A stretch of DNA of 64,000 nt from the NCBI RefSeq assembly GCF_018350175.1, contig NC_058368.1, forward strand, positions 54,934,001-54,998,000, read 5' to 3'. Below are positions 52,885 through 64,000 of the stretch, piece after piece. Source of the stretch: Felis catus (lineage: Eukaryota). Each line of letters opens with the position of its first letter. Position 1 is the stretch's first letter. The notes under the pieces were generated by a model, which had not been told where the DNA came from, made no database searches, and was given only the letters and a program-made list of their open reading frames with translations. The position numbers and the translations under genes are program-made.

Positions 52885-53215
52885 TGCCAGACAGGCTTTT
52901 GCCCAAGTTGAACCCAGTGAGAAAAGGAATGAGGACCGATAGAGGAGGGCAATATTGTGAGCTATTCAAGAGACAAATGGACAAGGGTAGTGATGGACTG
53001 AATCTGAAAATAAGGGAGACTCAAGGGTTGGGGGTCTATAGGACTTCCAGGATGAGCATCAGGTTTCTGGCTTGGGCAACTGAGTTACTGGTACAAATAC
53101 CTGGGAATGAGGAGTTCCGTTTTAGACATCTTCAATGTTTTGTTGCTACTAAATATATAATGGAAATAGCTGGGCAGCTGCAAGATGATCGTTTGTAAAT
53201 TCTAGAAGGAAAATG
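52885..53215 (-). mobile_element. L2 remnant
   Basis: caggtttctggcttgggcaactgag...gagttccgttttagacat. Confidence 0.65.
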
Positions 53216-53217
53216 TA

Positions 53218-53319
53218 ATTTTAAGGGCAACCAACAAGTGAGTTACAGGACATTTTAAGGGCAACCAACAAGTGAGTTACAGGACATTTTAAGGGCAACC
53301 AACAAGTGAGTTACAGGAC
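53218..53319. repeat. Perfect 3 x 34-bp tandem repeat
   Basis: attttaagggcaaccaacaagtgagttacaggac at 53218, 53252 and 53286. Confidence 0.98.
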
Positions 53320-54284
53320 CAAAACTGATACCACTCTGGGTCCCCAATCCAGACAAAGGATCTTTATCGCAAAATATTTAAAGACAAGCAATTTTCCTAA
53401 TTTACGTGCTCAGGAGTTAAAAAAATGATGTGAGTTCAATTTTAATCATCTCCAAAAGTGAAGCACAGATAAATCTACATAGTAGGATTCTGGCAGAGTG
53501 ACATAATTCAGGTGATAAAGAAAAAGAAAAAAAAATCAGCATTAGAGGAAAAGAATAAAATGGTTTTGGCCAGGAGTTAGGAAGACTAGGATACCAATCT
53601 TCAAAAGAGCACATAGACTAAACTATAATTCAGTGACAAGGAACAAAAAAGTATTTTTAAGATTTTAGAAATTTTAATACTTTTTCACATGTATTTTTTT
53701 TTCCCTTGGGCTGTCAGTTTCCTTTCATAATTAGTAGTGAAACTCTTAAAAATAATTGCAGGAAAACTTGCTGCCTCATTAGAAAGGTAAGGCAAGCATA
53801 TTTAAAGAGTTTTCCTTCTCCAAAGACAATTTTGAACTGAGAAGGACCTTAAAGAATAAAATAAATATTTTAAAAATGGTATCTTAAAGGGTACTTTCTC
53901 TGTTCTTACGCCTTTAGATTCTAGGATGAAAGAAGGATCAGAAAGTATGGAATGAATATCTATATTCTTTTTTCCACAGTCTGCTTTCACACCCATTTTT
54001 CTTTGGTGTAAGATTATTTTATATTTCTCTAATACAGAATTGGTTAAGTGTGAATTCCAGCCTGATAGCTATGTATTCACCTTTCATAAGGGTCTCCATG
54101 TGGCAACAGAAAGTATTTGTTTGGCCTAAGGGTTTTCTAAGTGTTATGAAGACTTAAGAAAACAGGTTTTCCTGCAAATCTGTGGGGTTTTTTATTGGTT
54201 CCCTCATCCAACTGGTATCCTAACAAGCTTTAAAAAACCACCAGAATTATTTTGTAAGGTTTCTCTGTTCCTGTGGTGTGAAAA

Positions 54285-54345
54285 GGAGGAAAGAAGGGAG
54301 GGAGGGAGGGAGGGAGGGAGGAAGGAAGGAAGGAAGGAAGAATAA
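54285..54345. repeat. (GGGA)n(GGAA)n microsatellite
   Basis: Directly visible. Confidence 0.93.
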
Positions 54346-54449
54346 AAAGAAAACTAGACAATAGCAACATTTTTCCCCTTTCCAAATACATGCATATAGA
54401 TTGTACTTAAAAATATACATACATGCATAAATGAATTGAAAAGCTTAGA

Positions 54450-54935
54450 CATTTTTATATTGCTACATAATTACCACCTAAGCACAGGTGTGTTAAAGTA
54501 ACACTCATGTATTGTCTCCCATTGTCCACGGGTCAGGTCTGGGCACAGTGCTACCTGGTTCCTCTGCTCGTGTCTGGACTGTACTCTCATCTGCAGCCTG
54601 GAAGAAGCCTCATTCAAGCTTATTTACGTGTTTGGCAGACTTTACTTCTTATAGCTATGACTAGGCGCCCTGGATTTTTGCTAGATGTCGACCAGAGGCT
54701 ACACTCAGATCCTGAAAGCCGCTAGCAGCTTCTGGAGTTGAAGTATCACACTTCCTATTCAGGTGGGCTTTTCCAGTATGACGGCTTCAGGCATTGAAAC
54801 TACAAGCAGATCCTCTGCCTTCAGCTCAGGCCCTCTTTTAAGGGCTTTCACTTATTAAGCCAGAATCTTCTTTTTTGATTAACTCAAGTCAGCTGAGTTG
54901 GGAGCTTAATTATATCTGAACTATCCCTTTACTTT
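54450..54935 (-). mobile_element. MaLR (MLT1-type) LTR remnant
   Basis: attgctacataattaccac...ctcttttaagggct...ttgattaactcaagtcagctga. Confidence 0.72.
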
Positions 54936-55328
54936 TGCTTTCATTCTTCATTTACCTGGCTCCAGATTAATATTTTAAGCTGCCTGCTGACCCATGGCTT
55001 ATTTAGCCATGTTTAATTTGAACCATAATTTGTTAATGTAGTGATGTTGTAAAATTCTATATTTGGAGATAGATATGCATATACACACACATACCAGGTG
55101 ATAGGTTGGACATCAACCAAACTGGCTCTTGTAAACCCCCATCTGGGATCCTCTTATGAAACCTGAAATCAAGGAGACACATTGACTTTTTTTCCCTTAC
55201 TTTGAAATCTGATCCCCTTATTTGCAATTTCTATGTTGGTTAGTGGTACTAATAATATCCTCCAGAAATTGAGAGTCATTCTATATTAAACAGACCACTG
55301 TACAGTTACATCCTTAGCTCCCTTCTAA

Positions 55329-55505
55329 ATAAGTTGTTCTGAACTATCAGCCTGTGAGGGCTCGTTAAACAGAGGTTGCTGGACCTTACTCTCAGAGTTT
55401 CTGGTTCAGGAAGTCTGAAGAAAGACCTAAGGATTTCCATTTCCATCAAGTTTCCAAGTGACGATGATGCTACTGGCCCTGGAACACGTACTGCACATCC
55501 CTCTG
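55329..55505. mobile_element. MER5A-like hAT-Charlie MITE
   Basis: cagagtttctggttcaggaagtctg...caagtttccaagtgacgatgatgctactggccctggaac. Confidence 0.75.
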
Positions 55506-56369
55506 TATTGCCCTGACCCAAAACAATGCCTCAACTTAAATTGTTGATGGGAGACACCTGGTTAAAATGAGGCCAGTTAATGACTTTTCAATGGTCAGGG
55601 GCAGGATGTTTTCCCAGCAGGATATAGGGATTAAAAAAAAAAAATGAGAATCTCCCTCTTGAAGAATTTAAATGTTAGAGGTAAAGGTCTCAATTAACTA
55701 TGGAAACACAGGCTGAAACAGGAAAACAGCAGGCTAAAGAATCCATGTGGCTGCAGTAATTCTCAATAGGAGAATCTCTGAAAAATCACAAGCCAAAGAA
55801 TACCCAGGTATAGGAAATCTAGTTAGTTCTTGGTGGCAGCAGTAGGAGAATCCGAGAGAGAAGATCTATCAGATACTAATTAGTGTTTATGGAAATCTTT
55901 TCTAGGTGTGGGATGGAATGATGGAGCATGGTGGATAAAATGAGCTCCTAAAGATGTGTAAGTTTCTGACGCGCACACTAGTGTTCACGAGGCCCAGCTC
56001 TGTTGTGATCTCGGGTTTTCCATAAAGACTTACCTCAGGCCTTATTTCCACTTACCAAGATTCCTGCCTTATTGCAGTTGTGATCTAAATTTTACTTCAC
56101 AACCTCAATATCAGAATACCGGGATATCTCAATATTTTTTTCTACTACAGTACCTTCTAATTGCCACATGAACATGATGCCAGGAACATAATTTCTGTTC
56201 TTGTAATTTAAAGACCCTAACGAATGCTCAGCCTTGCTCACTTGGACGTAACCAAATTTGGCTCAGGCACACTCATTCTGTTTCTAATAAACCAATGAGC
56301 AGGATAGCCAAGGATGGTGGGAGGCACACTTAATCTAATATCCATTCTAAATGCCCTCTTAGTAATTAG

Positions 56370-56715
56370 AGCAGTGCTAGGGCCAGATACTACAAAAGCA
56401 CAAAGGGGTGAAATATTACAGCAAAACCTAAAGTCAGGCCAGGATTAAAGTAAAAGTGGAGGAGTTTCTTGGGTGAAGGGAACAGCCTGGGAAATTGTCC
56501 TAAAACAGGAATGTTAGAGGCTACTGTAGCTCGAACAGCACAAGGTAAGGAAGGGGCCAGGAAGAATGTGCAATGGAAGAGAGATGGTGTGGGAGCTTGT
56601 GGGCCACAGTAAGAACTTTAGCTTTTACTCTAGATGTCCAGGAGGAGTGATGGTGGTGTTTTAGCAAAGCAGGTTCGCTACCTGCCTTCTTTTTAAACAG
56701 ATCATTCTGCATGCA
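56370..56715 (-). mobile_element. L2 remnant
   Basis: ggccacagtaagaactttagcttttactct...ttttaaacagatcattctg. Confidence 0.68.
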
Positions 56716-57355
56716 GAGCTGACTGGGAATGATTAAGGAATGAGCACATTCGCTTTCTTGACAAGTAAAGAGAATGTTTAATAAGATGGTTGTTAGTAAG
56801 CATGTAATCTAGACATGGAAAGTTATTATAATGATTTCGTTAGCTAGGATCATTAGCTAACTGCAGCTGGATACTTTCTTTCCTGTTACTGGGATTTAGC
56901 TGCCTGACAGAGTTGAATTTATGCATCAGATAAACCTCAATGCTGAAGGAACTGCAGCACGACACCAAAATTATAGGCGCCATTTAAATGGTGTTTCTCT
57001 CTCTAGTTTTTCTCTTCTCAATACTGTCCACTGTCTACATGTTCAAGACCCCTTTAGGCCCCTCTTATTCTTCAGGTTGTCACAGCTACAACTTGAATTT
57101 CATGCAATTTTCGCTTGTTCTTCAGTTTATTACCATGCTCAGCTCCTACCCCAATTGCAGAACACAGGTTAAAATTCTCTTCTCTGAAGTTTTTTTTTTT
57201 TTTTAAATGCCCTAATCAGGTTCAGAAACTCCTTCCTTTACTCATATTAAATGCCTTCCATCTTAGTAGTGTAACTTTATCACATCTAATCTTATTTGGT
57301 TAACATAACAATTAGTTCCTTGAAGGCAGGGATAAGGTCTTACTCAAACTTCATA

Positions 57356-57470
57356 GGGGCACCTGGAGGGTTTAGTTGGTAGAGCAAGCAACTCTTGATC
57401 TTGGGATTATGAGTTCAAGCCCCAGGTTGGTTACAGAGATTATTTAAAAATAAAATCTTTAAAAAAAAAA
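57356..57470 (+). mobile_element. Short old CanSINE (tRNA-like monomer), within an L2 3' remnant
   Basis: ggggcacctggagggtttagttggtagagc...gagttcaagccc (B box) and A tail; flanks tcata. Confidence 0.85.
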
Positions 57471-58484
57471 ATCATAAAACCCCCAGGGTTACAAGCCATA
57501 TTGTGGCATTTAAATAATATTGGAAGTAAATAAATATTTGGAACAGCGAGGAATGAATATCCCTTTGTTCTTTTATGCTGATTTGTTCAATTCAGCACAT
57601 CTTTCTTGTCCAGCCTAGTACCTTCCTCTAGTGAAATCTTACAGGTCTCTGGGAACTACTAAATGCAGAAAAAGTTCTTTCTTGGGAGTTTTCTGTGTCT
57701 CTTCCCAATACCTGCTCTTTGCACTCTAAATGCACCTTGAGTTATTTACATCAAAAAGACTAATGATTTTAGCATTTCTACTTCTCTCTGGAAATACTGA
57801 GTTTAATGTTTCCTAAAGTACTCTACAAAACGTAAAACATTATACAAATGTATTGTTGATTTTATTATTCAAAAATGGTAACTGCTAATTAAAAACAGTG
57901 AGGCCTTTGATAGAAATCAACACATTAAACGTTGACAAAAAAATTACAAAGTAGATGATTCATCAATTCTGACAGTACAGTGTTTTGAGTATAAGTACAA
58001 AGAAATGTTTGTGTAATTTCTCTGGGTGATCAAAACTTTTCAAGAAAATGTTAAATTGCATCAAAATACTCTGACTTATTTAATAAAGGGGAAAATTGTA
58101 GTAAACCAGAGACTGCCAGCAAAATATAACTTAACTCTTTCTGCTAGAAAAGTGACATGTCTGAAAAAAAAAAAGCATTACATAGATATTTTATTCTGGC
58201 TTTGATACTGTATCCTAAGGAATCTACACAAACTTGCTGTAAGATTGACAATAACTGCTATGCCATGCTAAAATCGAGTAATAATGACAAAAAAAAGTGT
58301 CTAAATATTAATTGTCAATTATCATAAAAAAACAGAAAATCTTTCACTCAGGGAAAATAAATATCTAGCACCTATTGCTGACATAACTGGTGCTTATAGA
58401 TGTTGTTTGTGCATTTGGCATGAAGCATATCTAACATTTAAAGAACATCTCTTCTTTAAATATGTGGAAATGCATTCATTTCTT

Positions 58485-58702
58485 TTTTTTCTTTTAAAAA
58501 AATTTTGTAACATTTACTTATTTTTGAGAGACAGAGCATGAGTAGGAGATGGGTAGGGAGAGAGAGGGAGACACAGAATCTAAAGCAGGCTCCAGGCTCT
58601 GAACTGTCAGCACAGAGCCCGATGCGGGACTTGAACTCCCAAGCTATGAGATCATGACCTGAGCTGAAGTTGGATGCTTAACCAACTGAGTCACCCAGGT
58701 GA
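58485..58702 (-). mobile_element. CanSINE
   Basis: Antisense body gagacacagaatctaaagcaggctccaggctc. Confidence 0.95.
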
Positions 58703-59664
58703 CTGTTTTTATTTCCTTTTTAAATTATTTTTAATCCCACAAGTGACTTTGGCAAATTTTTTTCCCCTCGAGAGGAAAATGTGCCTATCACTTTAAATAA
58801 GGAAGAACCCTCCCCCCCCATTTCATCATTAAACATAGAATGGAGCTCAGAAAAATGAAAATCTAGTGAAGGAGCCAGCTTTCATGAGTATTTGTAAATA
58901 TATCTGTTTTCTGCATTTGTAACTAAATGAAGTGGTAGATTGGGGATATTAATCTGCTTTTTGCTCTGCTGCAGTTGAGACAGAAACATTTTGGCAACAT
59001 GTGAAGGCTAAGATAGATAATTTTACAAAACTGCTTCATGAACTTACATATTTTATATTTTGATTAATGTACTTTTGCCTTTGGCACATTTTCCTTTGTT
59101 ACTCTATTTTTCTTTTTTATAGACTTGTCATGCATCTGTTCCCTTTTGAAAAAAATAAGCTACCAGAACAGCATTTTTCCCATTGTCTGCTAACTAGTTT
59201 CATGTAATGAATTCAACCTGGTACTCACACTACCATTTTCTTTTTACCTCTTTATCCAGTGTGTCATAACAGTGTAGACTCAAGAAAATATCTAAACTCA
59301 GTTTGAATACAAAATACTAAAAACTGGGAGGATGACGGGTTATACAAAAAAATTGTTTGGAAAAGAGATTAATTGGGCTTTCAAAGCAAAATGTTACATA
59401 ACATAAAGATAATATATCTGAAGGTGGACTATCACTCTAAACTTTAGTTTTACAATTGCTATAAATAGATTAATCACATCCAAAGGAAAGGGCCTGAAGT
59501 TTTTAAATTTACTGAAAAATATTTAATACCCAAAATAGTTTTGAGAAAGACACATTTTATAGTCTTACAGAACAGCATTAAAGGAAACAATTCCATACTG
59601 AGATAAAAATGAGTGAAAGTATGCAGCAAATACAATATATATTGATGTAGTATCATGTGGACAT

Positions 59665-60182
59665 CACTCCCTTTGCCTATTGCTTCATAATGGATTACTT
59701 CAAAATATAGTGGTTTAAAACAACAATCATGCTACTCTTTTCACATGGTGAGGAATTTGGGCAGGGTTTGACTGGACAGTTCTGCTCCATACAACATTGC
59801 CAAGGGGGATATCGCCCCTGTTTTCAGTTTTCACTGAACTGCTGTGGACTGCTCAAGAAAGCTTCCCTTGTCTACCTGCTTTTTTGGCAGGAGTATCTGC
59901 AAGGCTTAGACCAGCTGAGTCTCCTTTCCTCTTCAAGATGTCTCAAAGCTTTTCCAAGTGCTCTCTCCAAGAAGGTAGTTACCCTCTTTACATAAAGGCT
60001 CAGAGTTCAAAAGGAAGGAAGTGGAAGATGCCAATTCCCTTAAAGACTAGACCGATAATGGTCATTGTGTCATTTTCGTTGTACTCTAATAATGAGAGTC
60101 GCCTTCAAGGGGAAGGGACAGAGATTCCACCCCTCAGTGGGAAAAGCATTAATGAATTTGCAGCCAGTTTTAATCTGCCACA
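59665..60182 (-). mobile_element. MaLR (MLT1-type) LTR remnant
   Basis: ctattgct...tagtggtttaaaacaacaatc...gaatttgcagccagttttaatctgccaca. Confidence 0.8.
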
Positions 60183-60464
60183 AATGTAATAGTTCACATC
60201 ACATCTTGTGTTTTTTCCCCTGTCCTCCCTTTCATATTCTTTATTTAAAGCGGAAAGACTGTGTGCATCTGTATAGTATATGGTCTGTGAGTACTTCATA
60301 ATTCTATTAGTTTTTGTGAGGTGCTCAATTTTGACTATTTTGATGTAAGTCAGCACCCTGAAACACAAATTCCAAAACAAAATTACCTAGAATTTTCGTC
60401 TTTCATTACTTTTCCATTTATAAGTCAGTTACCAGAAGTAAAAGAGACAAATAAATTAAAAAAA

Positions 60465-60986
60465 AAAAGACAAAATAGAATAAAACTGAATGCCTAGAAA
60501 CAAACCCATGTGTACACAGTCAACTAATACGGAAAAAGGGAACAAAGAATACACTCAATGGAAAAAATACAGACTGCTCAGTAAATGGGTGCTGGGAAAA
60601 CTGGATATTCATGTGTAAAAGAATGAAACCAGACCCCTATGTTATACCACTCACACAAAATTACATCAAAATGGATTAGAGAGTTAAAGACCAGCAAATA
60701 TAAAATTCCCAGAATAAAACAGGAAAAGAAACCCCTTGACATGGGTCTTGGCAATGATCTTTTTGTATATGGCAACTAAAGTACAAACAACAAAATAAAA
60801 AATAAACAAGTAGGATTACATCAAACTATAAAGGTTTCATGCAGCAAAAAAAAAAATCAAGAACAAAATGAAAAGACAGGCTCAGCCGGTTGAGCATTCA
60901 ACTCTTGATTTTGGCTCTGCTCATGATCCCAGGATTGTGGAAGAGATACCACGTTGGGCTCCAAACTGAGCAGAACCTGCTTGAAA

Positions 60987-61042
<56 letters not shown>

Positions 61043-62010
61043 TGCTGCTCTCTCATTCTGTCTGCAAAATAATTTTTTTTAATGAAAAGACAACCTACAG
61101 AATGAGAAAAATATTTGCAAACCATATATTTGATAAGGGGTTAATGTCCAAAATATCATACAACTCCACAGAAAGAAAATGATTCAATTAAAATGGGCAA
61201 AGAACCTGAACAGACATTTTCCAAATAGGATATGCAAATGACCAAGAAGTATATGAAAAGATGTTCGACATCACTAATCATTAGGGAAATGCAAATCAAA
61301 ATCACAATGAGTATCACCTTACAGCTTTTAGAATGTCCATCAACAAAAAGATGAGAGATAGCAAATAGGCAGGGATGTGGAGAAAAGGGAACCCTTATCC
61401 ACTGTTGGTGGTATTATAAATTGGTACGGCCACTAGGGAAAACATATGGAGGATCGTCAAAAAAATTAAACATAGAACTACCACATGATCCAGTAATTCC
61501 ACTTCTGATAATACAACCAAAGAAAATGAAAACACTATTTTGAAGAGACATCCGCACCTCATGCTCATAGCAGCATTATTTATAACAGCCAAGATATGGA
61601 AACAACTTAAATGCCCATTGAGGGATGAATGGATACAGAAGCAAAGATTATATACCCATATACATATATGCATATTTATATAATGGTATATTATTCAGCC
61701 ATAGAGAAGAATGAAATCTTGCCATTTGTGACAACATGATTAGACCTTGAGGGCATTATGCTAAGTGAAATAAGGTAGATAGGCGAATTCTGCATGGCTC
61801 TAGTTATACGTGGAATCTTACAACAAAACAAAAACAAAAACAACTCATAAAGAGGAAGAAATAAGATCTGTGGTTACCAGAGGGAAGGAATGAGGGGGTT
61901 AGGGGTGGAAATTAGATGAAGGTGGTCAAACAGAACAAACTTCTGGTTATAAGACAAGTAAGTACGTACTGGGATGTAATGTACAACATTATGACTATAG
62001 TTAGCATTAC
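60465..62010 (+). mobile_element. Carnivore L1 3' portion
   Basis: ggtgctgggaaaactggatattc, gaaatgcaaatcaaaatcacaatgag, gaatgaaatcttgccatttgtgacaacatg. Confidence 0.92.
60879..61080 (+). mobile_element. 5'-clipped CanSINE within L1, with long (CT)n
   Basis: TSD aatgaaaagaca. Confidence 0.9.
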
Positions 62011-63103
62011 TGAAAACAAACACAAGTCTCTGAAAATTAGAAAGGAAAATAAACTTTTAAGAAAGAAATTCTGATAAAAATTCAGAAGTGAAGCGTGAGC
62101 ACATGCATGTGGGTATATTTGTATGCCGACTTATAGCTGAATGGCACATAAATAGGCAGCTCTGAAGAGAAAGAGTTGGGCAAAAACAACAAGATGCAGA
62201 GAAATGCAATGCAAGTAGAAAAATGAACAGAAGCTAGAAGTTTAACACTAATGTTTAAGGTATTCTTTTTTCTCCATGCGGTTTGTTGAGCAATTTTCTA
62301 GTGGACAAAGTGCCAGAAATATCCCCAAAGACATAATTGGTGTTCTGATGGCTCCTCAAAGAGAAAAAGCTACACTGAAGCTGAAAGAGAAACTCCGAGA
62401 TGCCCTGTGTGCTAGATAGCACAGGCAGCTCATAGGATGCTCATCTCTGTGTTAGGAGCCACAGTGAGGTAGAAGAGACACCGGTTCCATGGAGTTCTAG
62501 GCTGTGAACAAATTCTTCAATAAGAGAAAAGTTTACATAAAAGAAAAAATAAATTAAACTTTCCTCTAATTTGGCAGATAAACTATACCTTAAAGAACCA
62601 AAAGAGCAGATCTTAAGAATTGGCAGCTTGTCTGTTTCTGGATTGCTGAGGAAGAAATAGCCACCGTTACTAATTGATAGCAATACTTTCAAGTATCAGA
62701 AGGCAGCATAGGCTAATTGCTAAATGAGCTGGTATCTGCAAACCTTCCTCTGAGTTCAGAAGAGAAAGTAACAGTGACTACTGCATCATGTATGGGCTTC
62801 CTGAAGTATCGTTACTTGAAGTAGATATTACAGAGCAGAACATTCAAATGGAGCAATCTGGAAACATATCCAGCTAGGAAGGTTAGAATTTTAGAATTTT
62901 CCTGCCTTCACATTTACTGTTCAGATAGTTTTCTATTATCTATTTAGAAATCTAAATAATATCAAATAGAAGCTGATTTGCATAACAGTAAGGCAACTGG
63001 AAATTACTAATTGCTATTCAGTTACCACATAAATATTGGCAAATGCCTAATCTATATTAGCCATTGTGATAAGAACAGTGTCAACTTAAAAATAATAATA
63101 ATA

Positions 63104-63328
63104 GGGGCGCCTGGGTGGCGCAGTTGGTTAAGCGTCCGACTTCAGCCAGGTCACGATCTGGCGGTCCGTGAGTTCGAGCCCCGCGTCAGGCTCTGGGCTG
63201 ATGGCTCAGAGCCTGGAGCCTGTTTCCGATTCTGTGTCTCCCTCTCTCTCTGCCCCTCCCCCGTTCATGCTCTGTCTCTCTCTGTCCCAAAAATAAATTT
63301 AAAAAAACGTTGAAAAAAAATTTAAAAA
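63104..63328 (+). mobile_element. Young SINEC_Fc-type CanSINE
   Basis: TSD aaaaataataataata. Confidence 0.98.
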
Positions 63329-63356
63329 AAAAATAATAATAATAAGGAAACTCTCA

Positions 63357-63640
63357 GGGCACCTGGGTAGCTCAGTTGGTTAAGCCTTGGACTTTGGTTC
63401 AGGTCATGATCTCATGGTTTGTGAGTTCAAGCCCCACGTTGGGCTCTGTGCTGACAGCTCAGAGCCTGGAGCTCACTTCGGATTCTGCGTCTCTCTCTCT
63501 CTCTCTCTCTCTAACCTTACCCTGTTCACACTCTGTGTCTCCCTCTCTCTCTGCCCACCCCCCACTTGCACTCTGTCTCTGTCTCTCAAAAATAACTAAA
63601 TGTTAAAAAAATGTTTTAAACAATTATGATATTTAAAAAC
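63357..63640 (+). mobile_element. CanSINE with duplicated CT module
   Basis: TSD aataag-g/a-aaactctc. Confidence 0.95.
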
Positions 63641-64000
63641 AATAAGAAAACTCTCTGCGATCAGTATAATGGGGACCATGAAAAATCAAGGATTGCTTGC
63701 AAGTGAAAAGAGCTATAACATATAACAGGAGGGGAGGGGAGTGAGATAAATGTTACTGAAGCAAAAAGGATGTTTGTTTCATTACAGATTTGGAGAAAGG
63801 CTAAGAGCAGGGGTGATATCCAGGGGTGATATTTCTGGTTTACTGCTAAACTGCAGGATCCTACATACTTCCAGGTACCTAGTAGGGGCTCAAATTCAGC
63901 ACCGTGAATAAATGAATACAAGGACAACTACTAAATAAAAGAAGTGAGGATGAAAAAAAAACCTCTTAAAGAATTTGTACTGGAAGAAAAGAGGCAGGGG

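Noticed and set aside
53218..53319. CRISPR-like 34-bp repeats
   Set aside because: No spacers, no cas genes, mammalian DNA
56030..56075. Two strong minus-strand donors (GAG|gtaagt, TTG|gtaagt)
   Set aside because: No convincing acceptor or recognisable reading frame upstream
57356..57432. tRNA gene
   Set aside because: Degenerate tRNA-derived SINE head with an A tail and TSD; acceptor stem not intact

Overview
This is AT-rich mammalian genomic DNA from a felid (cat lineage), identified by about 37 tRNA-derived CanSINEs, including six near-identical young SINEC_Fc-type copies, and a young felid-type L1 3' end. The window reads as intronic or intergenic. I could not recognise any protein-coding exon, RNA gene or CpG island. 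The ORFs I could attribute come from SINEs, decayed L1 ORF2, an ERVL pol/dUTPase remnant or low-complexity tracts; the rest are short and match nothing I recognise. Other content includes old L1M, L2, MIR, MaLR/ERVL LTR remnants and hAT DNA transposons (MER63-like, MER5A-like). The most notable structures are: a three-level nest (SINE inside a solo LTR inside an antisense LTR of a related family) that forms a fold-back; two 5'-inverted (twin-priming-type) L1s; a tail-only retro-insertion with a perfect 16-bp TSD; a perfect 3x34-bp tandem repeat; a pre-miRNA-sized hairpin; and closely spaced inverted SINE pairs. I found no convincing evidence of a novel biological system. Repeat subfamily names are from recall of consensus sequences, not from a database search, and boundaries of old elements are approximate.
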